Positions 1 through 12,600 of a stretch of 64,000 nt of DNA are shown piece after piece (the stretch's first letter is position 1; each line of letters opens with the position of its first letter). The notes under the pieces were generated by a model. The model worked only from the letters and a program-made list of their open reading frames with translations, searched no databases and was not told the origin of the DNA. The translations under genes and the position numbers were made by a program. Source of the stretch: Caecitellus pseudoparvulus (lineage: Eukaryota; Protista; Bigyra: Bicosoecida); NCBI GenBank assembly GCA_965644315.1, contig CBFFRQ010000057.1, positions 1-64,000 on the forward strand, given 5' to 3'.

Positions 1-3000
1 AAGCCTGCGCACTGCCGCCTGGCTACCACTGCTGCCTGACTGGCACGCGAAGACGTTGGGGCATGCCTGGATGTTGTCCAGCACCGCCCTGGCCATGGAG
101 TCAGTGCTGTTGCCGCTCCCTGCTTCGGCCTGCAGCGCTGCTTGCAGCTCCTCCAAGGGCCGCACAAGGGCAAAGCCAGGTGCCACGACGAGCTTGCCGT
201 CGCTGCACGTCGCCGATCGAGATGGACAAGGGTGGCACAGTGTCCCACCAGGCACAGCGAAGGAGCCATCGGCACACCGACTGCACACGCCAGCATCGCC
301 ACTTCGCTGCAGGGTGGGCAGGACACTGGCTGTGCCAGGTGGACACGCCACACACCGCACCTGTCGACCCAGCACCACTGCTGGGCGCACCACTTGCCAC
401 TGCACAGTGCGTGACTCCGATGCCGACCACTGCACTGTGTGCAGGGTGTGGTCACTGACGACAGCCGCTGAGCTGGGGCGGACCATGCCTGCCCGACACT
501 CGCACCCCAGACCATCTCCTGTCGCCACGGTGCCGTCAGCAGTGCAGACAGTGCGATGCACATGCAGCGTGGCTGGGCCGCCAGGACCGCCTGACACGAC
601 AGGCAACTGCACAGGACCGACGGCGCCCACCCCAGCCGCCGCTTGCACAGGCTCCAGCACCACCGCTGCCGGGGCCACACCCAGCTCGCCGCCTGATGCT
701 GATGGAGATGCTTGCAGTGTGAGTGCCAGAGACCCTGGCCGGCCTGGCCGCACGTACAGGCCCAGCAGCTGCCCGCCACCCAGCAATGACCCCCACCCAG
801 CCCCCGACTGCGCCTGCTCCCACGCCTGACCCACCGCATCACACCCTCCGCCCGGCACAGCCAAGCGCACTGCATCACGCACAGCGGCACTGGCGCCAGC
901 CGCACTGCACATGCGGCGCAGAGCAGGGAGACCCACAGGCAGCGGCAGGGGCTCCACCCACACGAGCCCTGACGTGGGCACAGCCTCACCCTGCTCCCCG
1001 TGGCCACTGGCCATCACCGTCACGACATCGCCGCCTGCGGGACGTGCCGTGCCGTACCTGTCCCTCAGCACAGCCACGCCCACCAGCACGCCATGTGTCA
1101 AGGCGACCCGGTGCACAGGCAGCGCCGTCACACGGCCCGCCACACCTGCCACCTGCACAGGCACACCACCATCGCCCGGCAGCAGGACTGGCATGTCCTC
1201 CCCCACCACCGATGACACCACCTGCAGCGCCGGCGACGTCGCAGCGTGCACTGCACCCACGCGACGACTGGCACTCACGGCAATGGACCGCACAGACAGG
1301 CTGGCACGGGCCGTCTCCCACACGATGACGTGCAGCACACCAGAGCTGTCTGCCGCTGGCATGGTGTCTGGCGTGTACAGAGCTGTCGCTCGCAGGTGCA
1401 GCTCGCCACCCACCTGCACCAGGGTCACAGACACGCCAGGGGTGGCGTCGGATGCCGCCTCGTGCCACGTGGCCTGCAGGCCCGAGCTGTACACGGCGTC
1501 CTGGCTGCCCGACCACCACGTGGCACGATCACCGCTCACACCTTGCACAGCGGCAGCAAGTGACTGCACGGCAAGCGGCAGGCCAGACACAGCAGCCGCC
1601 GCAGCAGCAGCAGTTGACGCCACCTGGGACACTCCAACACTGGGCCACAGCCAGGCCGCCTGTGGAGCGACACCTGCCCGCAGAGCACCCTGAGCCGGCA
1701 CGACAAGGCTGTCATTCACGGCAGCCACCATGTCCAGCACAGCCTGTGTGCCACTGCTGGCGCCAGTGCAGTTGCTGTCAGCACTGACCTGGACAGCCGG
1801 CACATCTGCCGTGCTGGGCAGGACACCCAGCACCACCACATCCCCATCCCCAGTGTTGGTCAGGGTCAGGTCACCGCCACTGGCGGGGGCGCTGGCAGAC
1901 ACATCGCCCAAGTGCACATACGCAGGACACACACGCAGCGGAGACGCCACCACCTGCACACCCACACGCTGTGTCGGCATCAGGGGGTCGTCGGAGACAA
2001 CCAGCAGTGCCGTGTCGTACACCCCTGCATCCAGCAGTGCCGTGTCCACCTCCACCGACACGCGGGCGATGGAGCCAGCCGCCGCCACACCATGGACTGC
2101 ACATGTCCAGCCAGCCGGCACTGCCACGGAGGCGGGAGGGGCGCAGGAGCCGTCTCCCGCCACAGCGCTGACCTGCATCCAGCACGGCGCAGAGGGCGGC
2201 TGCCACACACTCCACTGCAGTGGGCCGCTGCCCACACTGCGCAGTGACACTTCACGGCTCACAACACTACTGGCCGAGCCGTCGTCGTCATTACCGTGCG
2301 ACCGCACAGCTGCGACCGCGGCCACTTGCAGGGGCGACACCACGCCACGCGGCACGCGCACAGACACGAAGAAGGGCTGCCGCCACATCTCCGCCGTCGT
2401 GGCGCTGTCCAGCACGACCATGTCAAACCAGTACACACCTGGGTCGGGCACACTGCCCCCAGACCCCACTGACACGAGCAGGGTGGCGTCCTCCGACACT
2501 GGCGTGCTGGTGTCCTGACGCATGGTGCCACTGCGAGGCAGCACGTCCGCTGCCAGGGCAGGAGAGCCAGCCGATGGCACTGCAGGCTCCCCACCGGACT
2601 CACGGGCAACCAAGGCAGGGAAGGCTGCCCGCACCACCTGGGTGTCTTGGCTGGTGCTGGCGCCTGCAGCGGCGGAGTGACCCATGTACTCCACCGACAC
2701 ACTCCAGGTCGCACATTGACCAGCTGATCGAATGGACAGGCCTGTGGAGGATGGCGGTGGCACACCCGACCCAGACAAGACCTGCACCACGACAGGAATG
2801 TCACCTGGCACGACATCGAGGTATGTCAGGCCATTCGACGTCGTGTCACGCTCGTCCACGACATCGTCCAGGAGAGGGATGCTTGAGGGTGACATGGAAG
2901 GCGACGGCGGGGCGGGCGACGTGGATGGCGAGTGTGAAGGTGACGGCGACGTGGATGTGGAGGGCGAGGGGGTGGGCGTGTAGGTGGGGGTGGCAGTGGC

Positions 3001-5358
3001 ACAAGACGAGGGTGAAGGTGTGGGTGTGGGCGTGCCTGAGCCACTGGCCGATGGCGATGCACTGGGCGTGCCGGAGCCACTGGCAGATGGCGATGCACTG
3101 GGCGTGCCGGAGCCACTGGCCGACGCCGATGCACTGGGCGTGCCTGAGCCACTCGGTGACGCCGTACTGCTTGCCGTCCCCGATGCTGTCGCCGAGCTCG
3201 ACCCCGTTGGCGTCGGAGTCATCGTCACAGTGGGACTCGCCGATGCAGCCGGCACACAGTCTGAGGATGACTCCGTTCCAGTGCCTGGTGTTGTCTGGCC
3301 TGCAGGGCAATCTGTGCACGCTGTGTTGCCCAGGCCTGCAGCATACTTCCCCACGCCACACGTGCCGCAGTAGCTGGCAGAGTCCCCACCTGTGCCAGCT
3401 CCGGCTTTGCCAGCGGGACACTGTGTGCATGTGGTGGAGCCTGTGGACTGTGCAAACCGACCTGCCGCACAGCTCGTACAGCTGCTTGACCCCGACGATC
3501 CCACATACGTCCCACTGCCGCACTGGGCACACGACGACATCCCGACAGACCCCGCATACCGACCCGCCACACAGGACCCACAGGAGCCAGACCCAGCACT
3601 GGACGCCTTGCCCAGCGCACAGTCGGTGCAGGCCGACGCACCACTGCCTGCGTACCGCCCCGCCGCACAGCTCGTACAGCTGCTCGACCCCGACGATCCC
3701 GCATACGTCCCACTGCCGCACTGGGCACACAACGACATCCCGACAGACCCCGCATACCGACCCGCCACACAGGACCCACAGGAGCCAGACCCAGCACTGG
3801 ACGCCTTGCCCAGCGCACAGTCGGTGCAGGCCGACGCACCACTGCCCGCATACCGACCCGCCGCACAGCTCGCACAGCTGCTCGACCCAGCCCCGGCGAA
3901 TGTGCCAGCTGCACATGTGTCGCACGTGCTCTCAGCTGTGGCCCCCGTGGACCCGCTGGCCTTCCCCGCCGCGCAGACAGCACACGAGCCCGCCGATGTG
4001 CCGCCTGTGCTTGTGCGGTACCGGCCGGTCGGGCAGGCTGTGCAGGCCGACGCACCACTGCCCGCGTACCGACCCGCCGCACAGCTCGAGCATGACGCCG
4101 ACCCAGCCCCGGCGAATGTGCCAGCTGCACATGTGTCACACGTGCTCTCAGCTGTGGCCCCCGTGGACCCGCTGGCCTTCCCCGCCGCGCAGACAGCACA
4201 CGAGCCCGCCGATGTGCCGCCTGTGCTTGTGCGGTACCGGCCGGTTGGGCAGGCTGTGCAGGCCGACGCACCACTGCCCGCGTACCGACCCGCCGCACAA
4301 ATGAGACACGAGCCTTGTCCACTACCAGACGAGTACCCGGGTAGGCAGTTGGTGCATGCAGTGCTGCTTGTGGATCCAGAGGAAGGGTTCTTCCTCCCAG
4401 CTGCGCATGCCTTGCAAGTGGATCCCGGGGTGGAGTCTTGGTACCTCCCTTGAGCACAGTCGGTGCACGACGAGGCGCCTGGAATGGCAAACTTTCCAAG
4501 TGGACATCCCAAGCAGTTCGACGCACCAGTCGAACCCACATATCTTCCCGCCGCGCATAACGTACAGATAGAGTGGCCCGTGGATGCAGCATATCTGCCC
4601 ACCCCGCAATCCACGCATGCGCTTTGACCTGGGAACCCCGCCGCTCTCCCAGTCGGACAGACGTAGCAAGCTGAGGCAGATGTTGCACCAGTGAGTGTGC
4701 CATACTTGCCAGCAGCGCAGAATGTGCAAACAGTGGCGCTGGTTGACCCCGTCTTGTACCTGCCTTCCTGGCATTGTTCGCAGGTGTATAGCCTCCGGCT
4801 CGAGCGTCGTTCGTGGCTTGCCATCTGAGAACTCCGCTCATAAGCACCGGAGTCGCCTTCATCAGGCGAGGTCCGTGTCACCCAATCTGCGAAACTTGCA
4901 ACGGCTTCAGCCTGGGCTGATGGTATTGCAGTTCTCTCGCTGCGTGGCATGGTTCCTTGAGCTGCCAGGTCACTCAGACTCGGACCCTGCCTTGACAGCA
5001 CTTTCCTGACCGCATCAGCTGGCGAAGCAAGACCTTGCAGTGGCGTAAGGTATTCCACTTGGGATGTGTACGAGTAAGCACTTTCGCTAGAACTGGAGTA
5101 CTCGCTTTGCCCAGGGAGGAGCCGCTTTTGGGGACCAGGAGGGCTGCCGCAACCAGAGACGTACGTGCCAGCGCCACCTGCAGCAGCAAAAGGGGGGGAC
5201 CAAAAGTGCACAGCATGCTTTGGGTGACCAGCTCTTCATCTCAGGGAGCAGCTGCGGCTGTGCTTGGCCAGTTGCGAAGAGTGGCCAGACTCACACGTGC
5301 AGGTTGCGCCGGCAAAGGCGGCAGTGCCTGCAATGATCCACCAGAGGAACCCCAACAT
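1..5358 (-). CDS. Large secreted/cell-surface Cys-rich protein (signal peptide, GCC2/GCC3 ephrin-receptor-like CxxCxxG repeats, Ser/Thr/Pro stalk, Ig/filamin-like region); 3' end beyond left edge
   Basis: Not in the ORF track. Exon 1 5358-5295 gives MLGFLWWIIAGTAAFAGATCT (signal peptide); intron 5294-5178 (gtgagt..ctgcag, 117 nt); exon 2 reads CGAGTYVSGC...SSRRLYTCEQCQEGRYKTG...CTACPTGRY..., then STPSASPS-type stalk (~3250-2870), LTLTNTGDGDVVV and VLRDRYG beta motifs, and CADGSFAVPGGTLCHPCP...CPNVFAC near the edge. The overlapping plus-strand ORFs (56, 911, 1730, 2732, 2984, 3392) all share one frame, as antisense shadows would. Confidence 0.85.
3464..4300 (-). repeat. Intragenic tandem duplications: 2 x 198 bp followed by 2 x 216 bp (Cys-rich modules)
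   Basis: Anchor gccgcaca recurs at 3464, 3662, 3860, 4076 and 4292 (spacings 198, 198, 216, 216); copies within each pair are near-identical. Confidence 0.9.
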
Positions 5359-5852
5359 ACTGAAATGAATACTTCCTGAACACCACGGGGGTAGCTCTTG
5401 TGGAGCTACGAGCTGGTGAGGGTGTGGATGGTTCTGCTGCGGGATTGTCGGCAAGGTGCGCTGCCCCCGGCACGAGGTGTCCCACACCGCCTTGCCCTGG
5501 AGGCGAGGCGGACAGTCTGCCAAAAGTTAAGAATATGGTGGGACAAGAACGCAGAAATGAGGCGTCTGGGATGAGCTGATTCCATGACAGCCGTGGTGCA
5601 CGTCGAATTTTGGCATTGCGGTGGGAGTGGCTCGACTCGCGTTTCGGCTCGGTTACGGTGCAACGTGCTCGCACACCCAGAGAGTGGCCTGCACTGCAAA
5701 GGGAGCCGGGCGCAGGGTCAAAAAGCGCGCAAGTCTCTTAATGTTCCCCATCATGCCCCCATTAGCCTTGCTCGGGCAGGCTGCCTGGGGCCAAGCTGCA
5801 GATGTAACGATTCATTCACTTGGTTGCTTTTTGCTCTCTTTCTCCCTCTCTC

Positions 5853-6340
5853 TCACACTCTCATCAAAGAGATGTTGGTGTCGGGGCGGCTGCGCCTGAC
5901 CCCAACGCAACGAGCGGCTTCCCCAGCCGGAAAAATGAGCCTTGCATCCACACAGGCCTGTCGGATGCTGTCCATGCCCGGCCTGTGTGAGCTGCTGCGG
6001 GCCTTGCGCTTGGCACGGCGCAGCTTGGCGCCCACGAGGTCCTCCGCCACACTGAACGTGCGCAGCACCTCGTGGAACAGCCACATGCCAATCATGGCCA
6101 CGGCAAGGGAGAACGTCGCGCCTGCGCCCACAGGTACCAGCGCATTCGTCACACCTGCCACAATCGTCCACACCCACAGCACACTCGGCAGCAGCAGGGG
6201 CGAAAGGTCTGCAAACAAGGAGGCCCTGCACATTGAAAACACAAGATTGCACGTGTAGCTTTGCAGGCAAGATAGAAGAGCCCAGGATGGCTCAGCGCCA
6301 AGCCTTTAGTGCGTCTCTACGTACAGGCCTTGCTTCCCAT
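5853..6340 (-). CDS. Small predicted membrane protein (about 2 TM segments), unknown function
   Basis: ATG 6340 (MGSKA), intron 6324-6209 (gtacgt..ttgcag, 116 nt) joins in frame to YLSPLLLPSVLWVWTIVAGVTNALVPVGAGATFSLAVAMIGMWLFHEVL and a basic tail. The 3' end is uncertain; it might splice to the frame ending at 5812. Confidence 0.55.
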
Positions 6341-6692
6341 TTGACTTGGTCGTGGCACGAGGGAAGCAAAGTTGAATGCATAGCAGGTGTGGAAAGACCC
6401 TGAAAGTTCGCCATGGATTTATGGCGACTTTTCATTCTCCCGTTTCATTCTCAGGATCCCTGCAGTGGCTCGAGTTGCGTTGATTCGCGAACCTCCTTCT
6501 CGTATCCGCATGCGATACTCTGCGCCAGCAGTTGCGAGTGTCAGGCAGTAGTTAAAATTCACCGACAGGAAAACCGCAAACTGAGAAAGTTACTTATCTC
6601 TGTCGTGTATGCCTTGCTTCTCCGACACAGGTGTGGGCATTGGCTGTGTTTGACCAGCGGAAGTTGGCGGCTCTGCCCAACACGCCTGAGCC

Positions 6693-9600
6693 ATGGGCAA
6701 CACGCTCTCTGCGAATGAGGACTGTCGGAGGGCCTTGCGAGAGCTTATAGATGTGGAGCGCAGCATTGGCGATGTCAGCTTGTCTGCTTTGCGAAAGCTC
6801 GAGCCTGGGTGGGTGCAGAGGGCCGTTCGAGGCTCAGATGAGACTTGGAGCAAGAGTGTGCAGTACTTGGCGCCGTCCTCCCTGCGGAAGGGGCTCCACG
6901 AGCCAATAGGAAGCTTCCAGGCTGCTGTGGAGGCAGGTGTGCTGGAGTTTTCAGAGTCAGGCTCGAAGCGGCAGAGCTTGGCTCACTTCGCGCGAACTGT
7001 CTTGGCAGACACTGCTGGCGTGAACTCGTCAGCTGCGGCAGTGGCCGTGGAACGGCGTTGCGCGCTGCTCGTGGAGGCAGTGCGTTGGGGGTTGAAGCCT
7101 GAAGTTCGTGCAGAAAAACTCACCCCCGATGAGGCATACCGGCCGGCTGTGCTGGAAGTGGGCACCCGTGTGCGCAAGGGGCCGGACTGGACGTAAGATG
7201 TGCCCGAGCCACCACGCCAACTTGCCATTGCTTTCCGCACGTTCCCTTTTCCGCGTGCCGTGCAGGGCTAGAAGCTCAGGAGATGGAGACCGTGGCCAAC
7301 GTGGCGTTGTGCAGGGCGTCGTCCCCCTGAACGGAGTGCAGAACGCTGGTGTTGTGGTGGCATGGGACGGGGAGCAGGGTGTTGTAAGTTCCGCAGGCGT
7401 GCGCTGGCGGCGCCAAGCTTGCCGCTCACTCTGGGCTGCCTCGCGGCTCTTTACAGGAGGTGCACCGTTGGGGCTTGCCTGAGGAACATCGTGCCGAGGG
7501 AGACCCTGCGCCCCGCCGCGGGAATCAGTACTTTGACCTGGTTGTGGTGCGCCACGAGCCGGCAGTGGCGTCGTCGTTGTGGGAACAGGACGTGGAGTCG
7601 TGGGACGCCACCCACGGCGCTGGCGCAGCTACTTTGCTGGCCAAAAGTGAGATTTCCGTAGAACTCTTGAAGGGTCTGTTCTGTGGCGCTGTGGACTTGC
7701 CCGCGTTTGTCAGCAGCGCCAGTGTCGGACTGCTGGCAGCGATTCTCGGATGCCTCGGCAAAGGCGAAAGCGACCCCGAGCGAGCTGCCGCCGAGGACTT
7801 GGTGTGGCTGGTGCACCGCCGCGCGTTGGCTGTCATCCTGCACTCCACGCTGGCGTGCTCTGGGGGCGCTCCTCCGCCTGCCGCGCCAGCGGGTAGCAGT
7901 CCTGCGCTGCCCAAGGCGCTGATCACCATCGGATGCCCAGAGGCGGCAGCGGCCCAGCTGTGCCTGGGTCTTCAGTGGCTGTTGCTTGTTCTGCGTCGCG
8001 GATCCGCTGTGCCCCATGCACTCCTTGCGTCAGCAGTGTACGCTGTGGCAAGCTTGTGCGCGCTGGATCGCTCCAGCGGCGAAGGTTCTCTCCCCACACA
8101 AGAGCCAGCTGGTGCGACATCAGCACCAGAGCCGTCAGCGACTGCTGCTGGGCCTGCCAGTGCTGCTGCATCTCCCAGCCCCCGTCGCTCCCGCCGCCGG
8201 CGCGGTTCTCGCGGAGGCGCCGCTGCAGCCCCTGCTCCTGCGCCAGGCCCAGCACCCTCCCCTTCGCCACCGCGATCTCAGTGCTCTGCAAGCCTCGGGG
8301 TCATTGCCAACATGGTGGCAACGGTGTTCATGGCCCCGCTTGTGCAGCTGCAGGAAGCTGCCGCACAGGCCCTGTGTGATCTGCCAGAGGCAGCGAGGCG
8401 GCGACTGCAAGACGTCCAGGTGGAAGCTGACAATGCTTGGGCTGCGTGGTTGACCGGCAAGCGCAGTGGCTCTGCGCCAACTCGGCCGCGCCTGCTACAA
8501 GGGGTGACTTCAGAGGAGGAAGAGGCAGCCCTTGCGTCCGCTGCGAGGGCTGTGGACTGGGCCAGTTCGCTCGGCGTCGTGCTCGGCCGTGCCTGCAGCA
8601 CAGTGAGCCTGGGGCTGACCGAGACCCAGCAGGAGGAAACAGTGGCTGGGTGGCTCAAGGCAGCTGCGTTTTCTGGTGGACTGGGGGAGTCAGCGTTGTC
8701 CGCGACGCGGGCTCACCTGGCACACCCCATCCCTGGCCCGAAGGTGGACTGGGCTCGCATGCAGTCCTGGACACCCAGTGAGCATGGCATGGACGACTGC
8801 CCCGTTGCCCCCCTGGTCTTGGCGAGCTTGGGGGCCACGACAGCTGCGCCTTTCTCCAACACTGCTTTTGACCAAGTGAAGAAGACTGCGCTGCCCAGCG
8901 CTGGGTTCATGGGCTGCCTGCACGCCGCTGATGCCGCAGGAGAGACCTTGCTCAAGTTGGGCCTGCTGGACTCCAGTGCCTCTACCGACTCCATCCCCGC
9001 GCTGGGCATCGTAGCTGCGCATTGGCTGGACGCGCACTGCAGCTCCCTGCCGCCAGGGGCCATGCGCAGTCGAGCAGCCGCTGCCAAGCGAGCAGGGGTG
9101 CCCCTGGACAACCCCTTTGGCACTGTGCATGTTGAGAGCGAGTGTTTGGCTCTGGCCGCGCTCACGCAGCACTCGGGCCTGGCGGCGGAACTGCAGGCCG
9201 GCGTCAAGGCATGGCTTGCCGAGTTTGTGCAGCACAGCAAGACGGCCGGGCCCGGTGACGCTTGGGGCCTGAAGCATGCCAGCAAGGCGACGCCTCAGCC
9301 GTCTGAGCAGCTCAAGACTCTCCATCGCCGCTTCAGCGCTGCGCGGGAGTACTTGCGCAGCCTGCGCAAGGCTGACACTGCCGGGGACCTGCAGCGTGCC
9401 ATGACCGTGCTACCCGCGTCAGTGACCTCCACTCTCCCTCGTCAGGGCCGGGGTGGCAGGACGGCTTCCGGCGGTGCTGTCGAGAGCAAGGAGGAGGAAT
9501 TGGCCCACGCCTCAGAGAGCAAGGAGGGTGGCCCACGTGCCGAAGCTGCTCCTGTTGTGGGCTCGTTCTCGTTCAACGAGGCGCAGTCAGATGCGGCCGG

Positions 9601-12600
9601 GCGCCCCCTGCGCACAGTGGATGTTCCCACCAGCCTGCGCCAGGCCTTGCAGCAGTTCAATGATCGTGCAGCCCTGCTGTTGCTGCTGGCTCCAGGGGCC
9701 AGGTCAGTGGCTGGTGCCTCGCCGGCTTCAAGCCGTGCTTCAGCACATGACCTGGCCGCAGTGCTGGACACCCTGCCGGCGTGGGGCACTGCGCCGACAG
9801 TGTCTGCGTTGCACCTGCCAGGTGCTTCGTCAGATGCAGTGGGCGAGGATGCACCAGGCTTGGACTGCGTTTTGCAGGGCGCTGTGACATACCTGACACA
9901 TGGGCACAATGCCCCACCGCGTGCCCTGCTGCCGGCTCTGCTGGTGCGCCAGGTGCGTGCGGCACAGCGCACGGCAGGCCTGCTGGCCCTGCGCAACGCC
10001 GTGCGGGCTGCCCTGGCGCCGGTGGGGCAGTCTGGCGCCTTGTTGTCTTCCACTGCAGCCCAGGAAGACCGCTTGGCCCTGCTGCTGCCGACTCTGCGAG
10101 GCATGCTGCAGCCCTTCCGCTTCGCGGCAAGTGGCACCGTGCAGAAAGATGCGGCGGGGCGGGGTAGCAAGGGCGTGGCGGCTGGGCTGACCTATGTGCA
10201 GCGTGGCAGCACAGTGCGAGCGCACTACCTCAAGGGCACAGAGGGCGCGCCTCCCCGCACCGCTGCCGCGCTGCGGGCCGCCTGGACGGCGCTGAGCATG
10301 GACCTCGCCGACGCCTTGGCGGCCGCGGCGGGGCTGGGCGATGCCCTCACGGCGGCCTGCGCAGCCCACGCCTGGAGTGTGGACGTGCAGGGCTGCGACT
10401 TCCCCGTCCTGCTGGCGACGGACATTCTCCCTCGACTGGCTGCGGTGGCATCTGCGTACCGCGTGCGCAGTCCCTTGGCACTGGGGGGTGTCGGCGCAGA
10501 CGAAGAGGTGGCCTTGAGTGCAGAGCTGGGCCTCGACGCCGGCGAAGCGAGCGATGCCCAGGCGCGCCTGCGGCAGGTCGCAGACGAGCCAGGCACACCC
10601 CAGCCGGAGCACGGCGGCAGCGCGCCCCAGGGGTACACTCTGCTGGACCCCTCCACCGTGACAGGGGCGCTGCTGGCGCAAGCCATGCCGCCCGCGGATG
10701 TCGGGCGCAACATTCGACAGTTCGCAGAAACGCCTGTGGGGCGCGAGCTGCAGCTGCACAAGCTGAACAAGACGGCAGTGACGGCGCTGGGCCTGCTGCC
10801 GGGGCCAGGCCCCTTCATCCCTGACGAAGGCATGAGCGAGGAGGACCGGCAGAGGGCCATGCTGCGCCATGCCGAAGAGGCAGAGAGGCACGCCGTTGCC
10901 CACGCCCAGGCAGCCATGGCCTTGCCAGAGGCGCTCTCGTGGGGCGTGCCCACTGACCACCCCATGGTGCAGTGGTGGATCAGGCACAGGGCATACGACG
11001 GCGTGGGCGGGATCGTCCGCGCAGCGGGGAGCGATGAGGCGCTCTCCGCCGCGTTTGCCTCCTTTCACGACCTCGCCTCCACCATGCTTGCCGAGCGGGA
11101 GGTGCAGGAGCGCCTCGCCGCACAGGCTGACGCGCCGGCAGCGCAGGATGCCGGGGCCGCCGACGCACCGCCCTCCGCGTCTGAAGCGAAAGAGGCGGAG
11201 CCGGAACCACGCCCCAAGCCCTCCCCCGCTCTCAAGTGGCTGCTCTCGCGTGCCGCCGGTGCCCTGCTGCAGTTCCTGTCTGCCAGGGTGTTTGGCGCGC
11301 GCAGGGACGGCGGCGCGGCCTCCGACGCGCTGACCAACCTCGTCGTGGCCAGCCATGCCGTGGCGCATGATGTGCCGCCCCCTGCCGCAGCGTCTGCTGC
11401 GCCGGCCCTCGTGCGAGCAGCCTCCCGCACCGGCGTGCCGCTGCCTGGCGCAGACGGGCTGCTGTCCACCTTCAGGCGGTCAGTGCTCAGCTCCATCTCA
11501 AGTGGCGCTGTGACTGCTCAGGGGTTCCCGGCAGAGAGCGCCGCGGCACTGCTGTTCCACAGTGACGCCGCCTGCCGCGCCGTGGGAATGGCCCTGGGCG
11601 CGGGTGAAGGGGTGGCAGACATGCCCAGCACGGCCTTCCGCGCAGCCGCCGCTTACCTGCAGCGACAAGCCCTGGACTTGACGGTGCGGGAGCTGTGCGT
11701 GGCCAGCTCCCGCCTGCGGTGGGCAGCAGACGCGTCCCAACGTGAGGCAGCGCCTGGGGACTCCCCTGACCCATCTGCGGTGTGGAAGGCTGCCGATGCC
11801 GCTGCCCGCCACGCGCTCACCTTCCTGCTCAGCCTGCGTGACCTGCCCATGGTGCGGGCCTGGCTGGCGTCGGAAGGCGGGCTGCGCCTGGCGTGGACGC
11901 TGCTGCGCCACGGCTCGCCTGCTGTGCAGATGTGCGCCTTCCACTGGTGCATGGCCGTGCTTCCGCGCCTGGCACCGGCGGATGCGGATGCAGCTCTGTG
12001 GTGGGCGCTCACCACGCCCGTGGCGCTGCTCAGTGGCTCCGATGACGTGGAGGCCTTCCTCGCCACCGCCCCGCCAGAGGCAGCCCCCTTGGCAGGATCG
12101 ACCCCCGGAACACTCACCGCGCTCTTCCTCACCGCACTGGCTGGGGCGGTGCTGCCAAACCCCGGCAGAGGCTCGGCAGCAGGCACGGGCAAGGCCTTCG
12201 CGGTGCCTGCATCAGCCCGCACTTCGACCCTATCATCCAAGTTGGTGCGGGTGCTGGTGGGGGACTTCACCCTGCCCACAGCCTCCCTGGGCGAAGCGTC
12301 GCCTCTGTCCGCCGCTACACTGCTGCTGATGTCGGACTTCTCGGCTTCCAGTGCCCCGACCACCACCTTTGGCGGTGTGTTCGTCCCTGCCGGGTTCGGC
12401 AGCGGGCAGAGTGTCGCCTGCATCGCCTCGCAGAGCGTGCAGCTGCTGCGCGTGCTGGGGCAGAGCTTGACCCAAGTGCAGCCCTGCTACGGGCAGACTG
12501 AGGGTGGTGTGAGCATGCCGCCGCCGCCACAGCCCCTGAGCATGCGCCGCAGCACGTCCACTGGCGGCGCGTCCCTCCACGATGCGCCTCCGCCTGGCTC

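Noticed and set aside
56-4862. ORF-track entries such as 2220-4304 (+), 3392-4453 (+) and 3225-4862 (-) as genes
   Set aside because: Shadow frames of the Cys-rich minus-strand gene, which has a signal peptide and coherent motifs.
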